From: Azolla caroliniana | Taxonomy: Eukaryota; Plantae; Polypodiophyta | DNA: 15,770 nt | Assembly (NCBI GenBank): GCA_043228905.1 | Contig: JBHGNT010000782.1 | Location: 1 to 15,770 of the forward strand | Direction: 5' to 3' | Shown: piece by piece, positions 1 to 9,479 of the stretch | Layout: each line of letters begins with the position of its first letter | How positions within the stretch are numbered: position 1 is the first letter of the stretch | The notes under the pieces: model-generated | What the model saw: only the letters and a program-made list of their open reading frames with translations | What the model was told of the DNA's origin: nothing | Database searches by the model: none | Made by a program: the position numbers and the translations under genes

Positions 1-2028
1 AAGCGGTTATGTGTGCAAATTATGTGTTGAATCGTTGCCCTGCAAAAACATTGAGATTCATTACTCTATATGAGGCTTGGAATGGGCATAAACCTATGGT
101 TAGTCATATGCGTGTGTTTGGTTATTTGACATATGATCTTGTGCCATCACAACAACGTCACAAACTTGATGACCAGGCAAAAAATGCATATTTGTTGGTT
201 ATAGCACTGAAAGTAAGGGATATCGTTTGTCATCCATTGACGGATACAATTATTGTGAGTCGAGATGTGGTATTTGCTGAAAATTCAGCCTTCCCTTTTC
301 TTGAATGCAAAAAACAGCCAACAGTTAGCTCACAAGATGTGTTTGATACACTCATGCCTTTGTTCCAAAGTGGTGCACTTGCATACGGACATGTAGACCA
401 GCCAAGTGAGCTTCAAAGGGCTGAAAAATTTCATGAAAATTAGTGCTGAAAATGCACGAAATGTCCAGCCAAACATGGTTGAACATTTGCAACAAAATAT
501 GGTTGAAAATGAGCATGAGATTCAGCCCACGCATGATGTACATATTGAAGATCTATTACATAATGAGTGCATGTCTATCAAGACTGCACAAACTATGCCA
601 AAGTGGCTGAGACAAACTTTGCAAGATAGCAAATTGAGTGCACCTTTACTTGATAGAACAAGATCAAGCTCTCGCCATGCATCAAGTAATTTTGTGGATT
701 ATTCTATTGTTGCAATAGCATGGAATGAGGAGTCACTTACCTTTGAAGATGCATGTGATGATCCACATTGGATGAGTGTTATGCAATAAGAAATGGATTC
801 CATACATAAGAATGGTACTTGGGAGTTATGTGAATTGCCAAAAGGAAAGAATGGCATTGGTACTAAGTGGTTTTACAAGATTAAACGAAAGTTTGATGGT
901 AGCATTGATCGCTACAAAGCCAGATTGGCTGCCAAAGGATATGCACAACAATATGGCATTGATTATGAGGAAAATTTTGCACCTACTTCACGCATGACTA
1001 CCATTCGTACCGTGGTTGCATTGGCTGCCCAAAGAGGTTGGAAAGTGCATCAGCTGGACATAAAACCAGCTTTCTTAAACGGTAATTTGCAAGAAGAGGT
1101 TTATATGAAGCAACCTCCTAGATTTGCTATGAAAGAGAAAGAGCATATGGTTTGTCGCTTGGATAAAGCCTTGTCTGCTCTCAAGCAAGCTCCACGTGCA
1201 TGGTATGAAAAAATCCATAAGCACTTGATTGCTCTTGGCTTCACATGTAGTCTGATTGAAAGCACACTTTATGTATGCAAAAATGGGGCTGATCTTATTG
1301 TGCTTGTTCTTTATGTTCATGATATACTCTTGACTGGGTCATGTGATGCAAAACTTGACATTCTTATGGCTGATTTGCAACATATGTTTGATGTCACTTA
1401 TCTTGGTCTTTGGAGTTCTATCTTGGCATCCAATTTGTATCCGTTGAGGGGGGAATGGTTATGCATCAAGGAAAGTATGTTGAAAAACTACTTTAACGTT
1501 TTGAATTTGAGGATTGCAAGCCGGTTTCGACACCTGTGGGGACAGGATTGAGGTTCTCAGTTGAGGATTCTCTTGATGCATTTGATACTTCTCTTTATCA
1601 GCAAGTTATGGGATGTCTTATATATGTATGCAATACAAAGCCGGATATACAGTATGTAGTTTCCCAACTAAGTCGATTCATGCATAGCGCTGGCACTAAG
1701 CAATGGCAAGCAATGAAACGTGTGTTTAGATATCTCAAAGGCACTTTGAGCTTGGGTCTCTTTTATGGTTGAGATACTCAGCCATGCTTGCATGCTTTTA
1801 CCGATAGTGATTGGGCTGGTTGTTATGATACTCATGTGTCCACTAGTGGTAATTGTTTTTTCCTTGGAAACTCATGTGTATCTTGGTTGAGTAAAGAGCA
1901 ACCTACAATGGCGACATCAAGTTGTGAAGCTAAGTACAGGGCAATTTTCATAGCTATAGGGGAGTGTATATGGTTGAGACGCCTTTTGATGGATCTTTGC
2001 ATGGAGATTGATGTTGGTACACATGTTC
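1..2028 (+). pseudogene. pol: Copia A pol fragment: integrase C-terminus, reverse transcriptase, N-terminal RNase H
   Basis: Motifs: HMRVFGYLTY..KLD, IIVSRDVVFAE, NGTWEL, RYKARLAAKGYAQ, QLDIKPAFLNG, LKQAPRAWY, LYVHDILLTG (YVDD mutated, 1312-1323), FTDSDWAG, SSCEAKY. There is an in-frame TAA at 787-789 and several frameshifts. Confidence 0.95.
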
Positions 2029-2413
2029 TGTTGAGAGACAAGCTCAACATCGGCCGGATCGGCTGAAGAAGCCGAGGACCGGATCGGTTGGGACTGATCG
2101 GTTAGGCCGAGTGCGTAAACCGGGAGGTCGTTAGGAAAGATATTCCGTGAGGAATATATTTGGGAGTTAGTGTAGGAGCTCTTGATGAGCATTGAAGTAC
2201 TGTCAGTACTTCGATCAGTCCTTCTAGGACTTGTATAAAAGTGTTCACTGAGCACGTCTTATGTACAGACTGAGTATTATTGTTGAATATAGTTTTTTGT
2301 GTTTCTCTCTCTGTCTCTCCCGTGTATACCGTGTAAGCCCAAGCTCTCCATTGAACCTGAGTTTCCTTCCTCTGTTCTGTCTTCATACTTGCTTCCGCAC
2401 GCTAATTTTTACA
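2029..2413 (+). repeat. 5' LTR of copia B
   Basis: TGTTGAGAGAC...TTTTTACA is a direct repeat of 7707-8091 with 7 substitutions and no indels (manual count). Confidence 0.98.
2234..2240 (+). promoter_or_regulatory. Candidate TATA box in B LTR
   Basis: TATAAAA sits mid-LTR and is present in both B LTR copies. Confidence 0.55.
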
Positions 2414-2425
2414 TGGTATCAGAGC
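2414..2425 (+). promoter_or_regulatory. Primer binding site (initiator tRNA-Met) of copia B
   Basis: TGGTATCAGAGC directly follows the LTR and is complementary to the 3' end of plant tRNA-iMet. Confidence 0.96.
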
Positions 2426-2485
2426 GCGAGGGTTGAGAACCTCTCTGCAGCCGACAGAGCTTAATGAAGAAGAACAAGAAGAACG

Positions 2486-4578
2486 ATGGATAGAGGCATG
2501 GCGAGCTCGCTTCCAACAGAGAAGCTCGATAGAACCAACTACGCGTCTTGGTCCTACAAGATGCACCAGTACCTGCTCGGGCACGGCTACTGGAGTTACG
2601 TCGAAGGAGCTAATGACGCGGCACCCAAATCGACACACAGAGACTTCCCGTCGTGGGAGCAATCGGCGAGCAGGGTACTATACGGCTTCGCATCGTGTGT
2701 GGGCGAACAACTATTGAGCTATGTTCGGGATGCAAAGATGCCGAAGGGTGCGTGGGAAAATCTGAAGAAGATTTTCGCCGCGAGCACCACAGCTAGGAAG
2801 CTCCAGCTCCGACAGGAGTTGAGCAACCTACGACAACGCGACTTGTCGGTGGTGGACTATACCTCGAAGATCAAGGATATCTGTGACTCCCTAGCCTCCA
2901 TAGAGGTGAACATTGAGGAGAGCGAGATGGTCCAGATCTGTCTCGGAGGTTTGGCGTCGAAGTTCGGAGCATTCCGAACGGTTGTGTGTACCCGGGAGAA
3001 TACGCCGTCCTTTTTCGACTTACAGTCGATGCTCCTAGTAGAGGAGAACCACGCGGGTGCGTCTACAAGCACGCACACCGACAACAGAATGTTGTACACG
3101 GAGGGAGATAGGCCCCGTGGACGTGGAGGACGAGGCGAGTCGGCGCGCAATGGAGGCAGCCCGACGAGATCAAGGAAGAAGGCACCGAAGTGATGCCGAC
3201 AGCAACTCCGGACCCTCCGGAAATAGGGGGAGTCGAAGCGATGAGAGCTGGCAAGGGAAGGCCATCGCAGAGTGTTGGTACTGTGGCAAGAAAGGCCACA
3301 GGGAAAGTGAGTGCTGGAAGAAGCGCGCCGACTCGGAGAGAACCGGTTCTGGAAATGGCTCCGGACATACCAACAAGGGAAATCGGCAGCGATCGCAATA
3401 CGCCAAAGACTCCGGGAGAGCCGGAGAAGGGTCTGTCTTCGTGACGAGACACGAAGCAAACTCAATGAAACAGAGCACCCCGAGATCGGACGAGGTGTGG
3501 TACGTAGACTCTGGCGCGTCAAACCACATGACGAGCCATAAGGAGTGGTTCTCGTACCTTGAAAAACCGATGCAACCTGGAGTAGTCGCAACTGGAGACG
3601 ACACTCCGCATCCGATCGCGAATGTCGGAGAAGTTCCCCTTAGCCATGTCGGGCAGAAAGGGAAACTCATGAACGTGCTGCACGTTCCGACAATCACGAA
3701 GAACTTGGTCTCGGTCGGACAGATCGTTGACCAGGGATGGAGGTTCGGTTTACACACCTCGGGTGCTTCATTGAGGAAGAAGGCCGTGTGATTGCGCAAG
3801 GGCGCAGAGACGGGAGGATGTTCATCCTCGACTCCACTGACGGCGGCACCGCAATGTTCGCAAAGGGACAAAAATCCGAGTCGGACATCGACTTGTGGCA
3901 CAAGCGGATAGGCCACGTCAACCACCAACGGCTTCAATATCTGCAATCGAAACAGGTAGTATTCGGATTGCCCAAATTTAGTGGCCGAAAGGCACAAATT
4001 TGTGAAGCCTGCCAGCTCGGGAAGCAACACCGACTTCCCTTCCCAAATGAGTGAAACCGGAGCCGGAATAAGCTCGACCTTATACACTCCGATGTATGGG
4101 GGCCGGCACAAAACGTTAGTCTTGGCGGGAGCCGATATTTCGTCTCCTTCATTGACGATCACACGCGGCACACGTGGATCTACCTCATTGAGAGGAAGAG
4201 CGAAGTCTTCGACTGTTTCCGTGACCTCAAAGGGTTCGTGGAAACGGAAACAGGACGGAAGATCAAGTGCCTGCGGTCGCATGGCGGGAAAGAGTACTTT
4301 TCCGGTCAATTCAACGCTTATCTACAACAAATGGGAATTCGCCGCGAATTCAGTTGTAGATACACGCCGGAGCAGAACGGCGTGGCCGAGAGAAAGAATC
4401 GGTCAGTTGTGGAAGCGGCACGGGCAATGCTGGAGGAGAATAGCTTGCCCAAGTTCTACTGGGCCGAGGTGGTAAGGACCGCGGTATACATCCAGAACCG
4501 GATCGGAGACAAAGTGTCGGCGCACGAGCTATATTTCGGAACGAAGCCGAACTTGCGACACTTGAGGGTGTTCGGTAG
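2486..4578 (+). pseudogene. gag-pol: Copia B gag, protease and integrase (disrupted)
   Basis: Motifs: gag MDRGMASSLPTEKLDRTNYASW, zinc knuckle CWYCGKKGHRESEC, protease WYVDSGASNHMT, LWHKRIGH..CEAC, and integrase HSDVWGP / RSHGGKEY / EQNGVAERKN. Frameshifts occur near 3160 and 3735, and there is a TGA at 4052-4054. Confidence 0.96.
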
Positions 4579-4663
4579 TGTTGGGTGAAAGGTCCCTCCA
4601 GATGGGAAAGGAGAAGAACAGTGCCAATGAACAAACCCGGCCGAGGCCGAAACCGTCTGAGGT

Positions 4664-4987
4664 GTACCCGGCTACGGAGAGCCGGATGATGCAGACCCGG
4701 TGAAGACCGGATGAGGAGTACCCGGCTACGGAGAGCCGGATGATGCAGACCCGGTGAAGACCGAATCAGGAGTACCCGGCTACGGAGAGCCGGATGGTGC
4801 AGACCCAGTGAAGACCGGATGAGGAGTACCCGGCTACGGAGAGCCGGATGATGCAGACCCGGTGAAGACCGGATGAGGAGTACCCGGCTACGGAGAGCCG
4901 GATGATGCAGACCCGGTGAAGACCGGATCAGGAGTACTCGGCTACGGAGAGCCGGATGGTGCAGACCCGGTATGAACCGGATGAAGA
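4664..4987 (+). repeat. Tandem array, 6 x 54 bp, in the 5' (U3-like) half of the solo LTR
   Basis: The unit GTACCCGGCTACGGAGAGCCGGATGATGCAGACCCGGTGAAGACCGGATGAGGA starts at 4664, 4718, 4772, 4826, 4880 and 4934. Confidence 0.97.
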
Positions 4988-5058
4988 GACATATTCGTAA
5001 ATATGTTTTTGAGAGTCCATCGAGGCTATACTTGTAAATAGCTGAAAAGTCATATTAG

Positions 5059-5066
5059 TATAAATA
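5059..5066 (+). promoter_or_regulatory. Candidate TATA box of solo LTR
   Basis: TATAAATA lies about 70 bp downstream of the tandem array. Confidence 0.55.
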
Positions 5067-5153
5067 TGACTTAGGGCAAACTTTTAGTTGTGTGTTGTTG
5101 TTTTTTTTCATTATTCTTGTTGGTGCAAGAATAGAGAGTGTGCGTAACTGTAC

Positions 5154-5176
5154 AGAGAGAGAGAGAGAGAGAGAGA
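5154..5176. repeat. (AG)n microsatellite, about 11 units, within the solo LTR
   Basis: An uninterrupted 23-nt AG run. Confidence 0.95.
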
Positions 5177-5444
5177 AAGAGGTTGTTGCCTCTGTTGTAA
5201 CCGCCGCCTGTGGCGAAGACCTGTGAGCACGAGGTCGTTGCCTTAGTGAACTCACTGTTGTACATTCTTACATAGTGACAGTTTGCAGCCTGTGGGCTGC
5301 CGTGGTTTTTCCCCTAGTTTGGGGTTTTCCACGTAAACCTCCTGTGTACCTTTCCTCTTCTTTGTGTCACGTTTTCTGTGTATCATTCTAAACTCGGTTG
5401 TGGCCGAGTGTTGCGCATAAGGAGCCTTGAGTTCCGTCAGGTAG

Positions 5445-7455
5445 CATTGCGTATGTGCATATACTGAAGGAGAAAAGGAGGAAGCTGGACGCAGAGGCTG
5501 AGAAATGCATCTTGGTCGGTTACTCGAACGAGCAGAAGGGTTATAAGTGCTATAACCCTCGCACCAAACAAGCGCGTGTCAGCCGCAACGTTGTGTTTGA
5601 CGAGTCCGCGTCCTGGTACCTGCCCTCGACTACGAACCCCGACTCCAATCCGAGCTCTGACGATGAGGTCAGCGAGGCCGAGATGCCTCCGAATGAGCCC
5701 GAAATCGAGACCCGCGACGAGAGTCCGATTCACTCGGGTTAAGTGGACCGATTGGACGACTGAGTCGGTACGACCAGTCCGATGAAGAGCCGGCGAGTAG
5801 TGGAGACTCGGCCGTGCATTCCCCACGCAGGAAGCCGAGGAGACGGCTTACGCGCAAAGAGAAAGGGAAGAAGAAGGTGTCGGATTCCGGCACGGAAAGG
5901 AACGAGTCAGACTGACACGAGTCCGACTCCGAGGGAACCGGTGACGGGTCTTTAAAGGTGAAGACCGCGTCGACCGAGAAGGCCTCGACATCGGCTAATG
6001 TGAGATTATGCCGATCTACCCGCCAGAAGAATCCTGTTTTGCGGTTCGGATACAACGAGTACATGGCGCATCATTATGCGTACATGACCCGTGTAGCGGA
6101 AGTGCGTGAGCCGGAGAGCTACGCAGAAGCGGCGAAGGACGCGAATTGGCGTGCTGCGATGGAGGAAGAGATGCACGCATTGGCGGAGAACGAGACCTGG
6201 GACCTGGTTGACACACAGAGAGGGGTAAAACCGATCGGGTGTAGGTGGGTGTACAAGGTCAAGTACAACACCGATGGCTCGGTCAACCGGTACAAGGCTT
6301 GGCTAGTGGCAAAGGGCTACGCGCAAAAACACGGCATCGACTACGATGAGACGTTTGCGTCGGTCGCGAAAATGACGACCGTCCGTGTTTTGCTCACAAT
6401 AGCCGCGGCCAAGGGGTGGCACTTACATCAGATGGATGTAAAGAATGCGTTCCTGCAAGGTGACCTTGAGGAACAAGTGTACATGGTACAGCCCCCCGGA
6501 TTTCACTCCGGAACGAACTCCTTGGTAGTATGCCGACTGAAGAAGTCCCTTTACGGACTGAAGCAAGCCCCGCGTGCCTGGAACGCGAAGATCACGCAAC
6601 AACTGCGTCGGATGGGCTTCGTCACGTCAAAATCAGACTCTTCCCTGTTCATCCGGATAGGTCAACTTGGACCGGTTAGTATTCTACTATATGTTGATGA
6701 CTTGGTCATCACCGGCGCCAACCTCGGTGAAATCGACCGCGTGAAGCTCCAGCTTGCGGCATCGTTCGACATGAAGGATCTGGGGGACCTTCATTACTTC
6801 CTCGGGATCGAAGTGATCCGTACCCCCGAAGGCATATTGATTAGCCAACGTCATTACGTGCTGAGTATGCTCTTCAAGCTCGGGATGGCCGACTGTATGT
6901 CCGTCTCGACTCCTCTGGATAGAACCGTCAAGCTTCGTCCCGATACGGGAAAGGAATGCGACCCGACGAGGTTCCGACAAATTGTCGGAAGCCTCATATA
7001 CTTGACCATCACCCGACCCGACCTCAGTTATCCGGTTGGGGTGATCAGTCAGTTCATGGCGCGACCTACCAAGGAGCACCTTCAGTGTGCGCAACGCGTA
7101 CTTCGGCACTAAGGACCGCAGACTGCTATATCGGACCGGTGCAGCCGCGCAGTTAGTCGGCTACACCAATGCTGATTGGGCTGGCAACGCCGCCGAGTCT
7201 GGATACGCATTCTCCCTCGGGAGTGCCACGATCGCGTGGAGCAGTAAGAAGCAGCCGACAGTTGCACTGTCGAGCACCGAAGCCGAGTACCGAGGAGCGG
7301 CTGTCGCGACATGCGAAGCCATATGGTTGAAGCGGCTACTTAAGGACTTGCAAGAGGAGGTGACCGATCCAACGACGATCTACTGCGACAACCTCAGCAG
7401 CATCCAACTCGGGAAGAACCCCGTCTTCCACGCACGGACCAAGCACATTGAGGTG
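5445..7455 (+). pseudogene. pol: Copia B integrase C-terminus, RT and truncated RNase H
   Basis: Motifs: IAYVHI..KLDAEAEKCILVGY, RT LHQMDVKNAFLQG, LYGLKQAPRAW, YVDD (6690-6701), RNase H NADWAG, SSTEAEY, RTKHIEV. Frameshifts occur near 5730 and 7105, there is a TGA at 5913-5915, and RNase H homology is lost after about 7455. Confidence 0.96.
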
Positions 7456-7697
7456 CCGAGTCGGTTCGGATGTTTGATTCAGATATGCTGAATCAACCGA
7501 GGCCCAAGCGGAAGAAAAGGCTGCAGGAGAAGCGTCAACACCGCAACAGCAGAAGAGCTGATAAAGGCCGCATGAGCAGACAAGCCGATTGGAAGGGTCA
7601 AAGCGCGCGGAGTCGAACAAGTCGAGGAGCGCGAGCGAGGCGAGAAGCCAGGAGGAACCGGTGCTGTGAAGATCCCGAAGAGCCTGAAGTTGAGCTT

Positions 7698-7706
7698 GAG
7701 GGGGAG
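7698..7706 (+). promoter_or_regulatory. Polypurine tract of copia B
   Basis: GAGGGGGAG abuts the TG of the 3' LTR. Confidence 0.95.
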
Positions 7707-8091
7707 TGTTGAGAGACAAGCTCAACATCGGCCGGATCGGCTGAAGAAGCCGAGGACCGGATCGGTTGGGACTGATCGGTTAGGCCGAGTGCGTAAACTG
7801 GGAGGTCGTTAGGAAAGATATTCCATGAGGAATATATTTGGGAGTTAGTGTAGGAGCTCTTGATGAGCATTGAAGTACTGTCAGTACTTCGGTCAGTCCT
7901 TCTAGGACTTGTATAAAAGTGTTCACTGAGCACATCTTATGTACAGACTGAGTATTATTGTTGAATATAGTTTTTTGTGTTTCTCTCTCTATCTCTCCCG
8001 TGTATACCGTGTAAGCCCAAGCTCTCCATTGAACCTGAGTTTCCTTCCTCTGTTTTGTCTTCATACTTGCTTCCGCACGCTACTTTTTACA
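7707..8091 (+). repeat. 3' LTR of copia B
   Basis: A 385-bp direct repeat of 2029-2413, preceded by the PPT and followed by TSD TGTTC. Confidence 0.98.
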
Positions 8092-8096
8092 TGTTC

Positions 8097-8300
8097 TCAC
8101 AAATAGTCAAAGTGCATTGGCTATTGCACGAAATCCTGTATTTCATGCATAGACCAAACATATTGAGGTGCATTATCACTATGTGAGAGAGTGCCTTCAT
8201 GCAGGAGATATTGATTTGGTATATGTCACTACACAAGATAATGTGGCAAACATATTCACCAAAGCTCTTCCACGAGAAAATTTTGAAGCTTATTTCCTTC
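8097..8300 (+). pseudogene. pol: Copia A RNase H C-terminal part
   Basis: Reads SQSALAIARNPVFHA*TKHIEVHYHYVRE...NVANIFTKALPRE, in frame with the 1788-2028 segment once B and one TSD copy are removed. Confidence 0.93.
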
Positions 8301-8453
8301 TAGGGGCTGATCTGTCTCTCCTTGTATGTGTTCACATCATTCGCTCTAGGGGGGTTTATTACACTTACGTGTTCCTCGAATCGCTTTGATGTGAACCTTT
8401 TCCCTATGCATGGGCACTTTTTACTCTAGTGTTGGCTAGAGGTTTTTTCCCCA

Positions 8454-8635
8454 TGTTACCACATACATGACTCACTCATATGTGGTGGTACTTAGTACTT
8501 AGGGATATATATTTCAGCTCTTACTAGTTTTTGAGATTTAATCAATAGAGAGAGCTATTCCAGCCATTGTCTTCTCTGTGTGAGTGCATCTTTGAGCTTC
8601 TTGTGTGTGCTGCTTGTGTGTCTCCCACTCTTACA
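8454..8635 (+). repeat. Probable 3' LTR of copia A (left boundary uncertain: 8454 TGTTAC, or about 8357 after the AGGGGGG tract)
   Basis: Starts TGTTAC and ends TTACA exactly where LINE homology begins. TATATAT lies at 8506-8512, followed by a T/G-rich tail. The partner LTR is outside the window. Confidence 0.55.
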
Positions 8636-9264
8636 TATGTCCCAACAAAAAGGACTCATCATGCATAACATACATTATATCTAACCTACTCCATGTTTCC
8701 TTATATTGCATGGACTGAAATGTAAACCCAACCTCATCTTGATGCAACCATTTCCATACATCCAACTTCAAAACTTTTAATGCCAATTTGTCCCAAACTG
8801 CTTGCTTAGGAGAATCCATCAATGAGAATCGTGAAGTACATTTTGAAGCATCAATAAACATATTAAAATCACCCATTAACAAACCAACACGACCCATTAA
8901 TAACCAGCATGGCCCACTCAATTCGTTGATTAGCATTATTGGGTGCATAGATTCCTACCAACCATATCAAATCCTCAAAATACTTGACTTCCATCACCAA
9001 AAAACATCCATATGGGTCATTATAGACTATTTTTTGACAAAACAAATCCCTAATAATCATGACTATCTCTGAGTACCGATGCAATAATTGTCTTGCATAA
9101 TATGCAGAATATCGACGCAAATATAACACAGATCCTACTAAATCATGACACTTATGTTCATCTGCACATAAAATATCCCATTCTTTATCAAATAAGGTTT
9201 TTTATGATATATATTTCTTATGAGGAGAAAATGCCCCTCGCACATTCCATGACACCACTTTTAT
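8636..9264 (-). pseudogene. LINE ORF2 AP-like endonuclease domain (frameshifted, truncated by copia A)
   Basis: Motifs: KVVSWNVRG (SWNVRG at 9252-9235), WDILCADEHK, LVGIYAPN, LLMGDFN, DVW, GFTF, SRLD. It is cut off before the expected SDH motif. Confidence 0.9.
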
Positions 9265-9479
9265 TTAACACCTTTAGTAATAACTTGCTCTTTATGAGCA
9301 AGTGTATTCATGAATGTACTAACTCCCTTTTCAAGAGCTACATAAGGATTTGTGTGTACTACATCCCCTCCACCAGTAATAGGGTTTTCTTGTCTAGCTC
9401 CACGAGAACAAAGTCCTTGATTTAGTTGAGGTCATACCACCCTTCCTAAAGAATTGAATTGTGGTTGGTTGGACACTCT

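Larger units (their letters stand above)
4579..5439 (+). mobile_element. Solo LTR (861 bp) of a different LTR-retrotransposon family, inserted in B integrase
   Basis: Termini are TGTTGGG...CCGTCA with TSD GGTAG (4574-4578, 5440-5444). Excision restores LRVFGS|IAYVHI. There is no PBS, PPT or coding domain inside. Confidence 0.9.
2029..8091 (+). mobile_element. Ty1/copia LTR retrotransposon B, structurally full-length but coding-defective
   Basis: Two 385-bp TG...CA LTRs, a 5-bp TSD TGTTC (2024-2028 and 8092-8096), PBS, PPT and gag-PR-INT-RT-RH order. Confidence 0.98.
1..8635 (+). mobile_element. Ty1/copia LTR retrotransposon A (5' part outside window; degenerate; interrupted by element B at 2029-8091)
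   Basis: Domain order is integrase C-terminus, RT, RNase H, then 3' non-coding/LTR, which is copia order. Removing 2029-8096 rejoins RNase H in frame: ...GTHVL|TNSQSALAIARNPVFHA*TKHIEVHYHYVRE. It ends at ...CTTACA 8635, where LINE sequence starts. Confidence 0.92.

Noticed and set aside
1917-2464. Duplicated small ORFs (also at 7598-8186)
   Set aside because: They recur only because they lie in the two LTR copies and show no coding signature.
3150-3193. Programmed frameshift within B gag
   Set aside because: The related element C reads GGT CGA CAA GAG CAA through this site in one frame. B simply has one extra C (3160-3162), so this is mutational decay.
2857-4309. Long antisense ORFs (244 aa and 379 aa)
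   Set aside because: These are shadows of GC-rich gag-pol with no recognisable domain.
4664-4987. CRISPR-like array
   Set aside because: The units are contiguous near-identical 54-mers with no unique spacers, there are no cas genes, and the context is a eukaryotic LTR.
4579-5439. DNA transposon, MITE or intron
   Set aside because: There are no extended terminal inverted repeats or GT-AG ends. TG...CA with a 5-bp TSD fits a solo LTR.
7470-7712. env-like or extra ORF between pol and the 3' LTR of B
   Set aside because: It is only 80 aa, low-complexity and R/E-rich from a purine-rich 3' region, has no hydrophobic segment, and runs into the LTR.
8631-9129. Host exonuclease/phosphatase gene
   Set aside because: It is frameshifted and preceded by a CCHC ORF1, which fits LINE ORF2.
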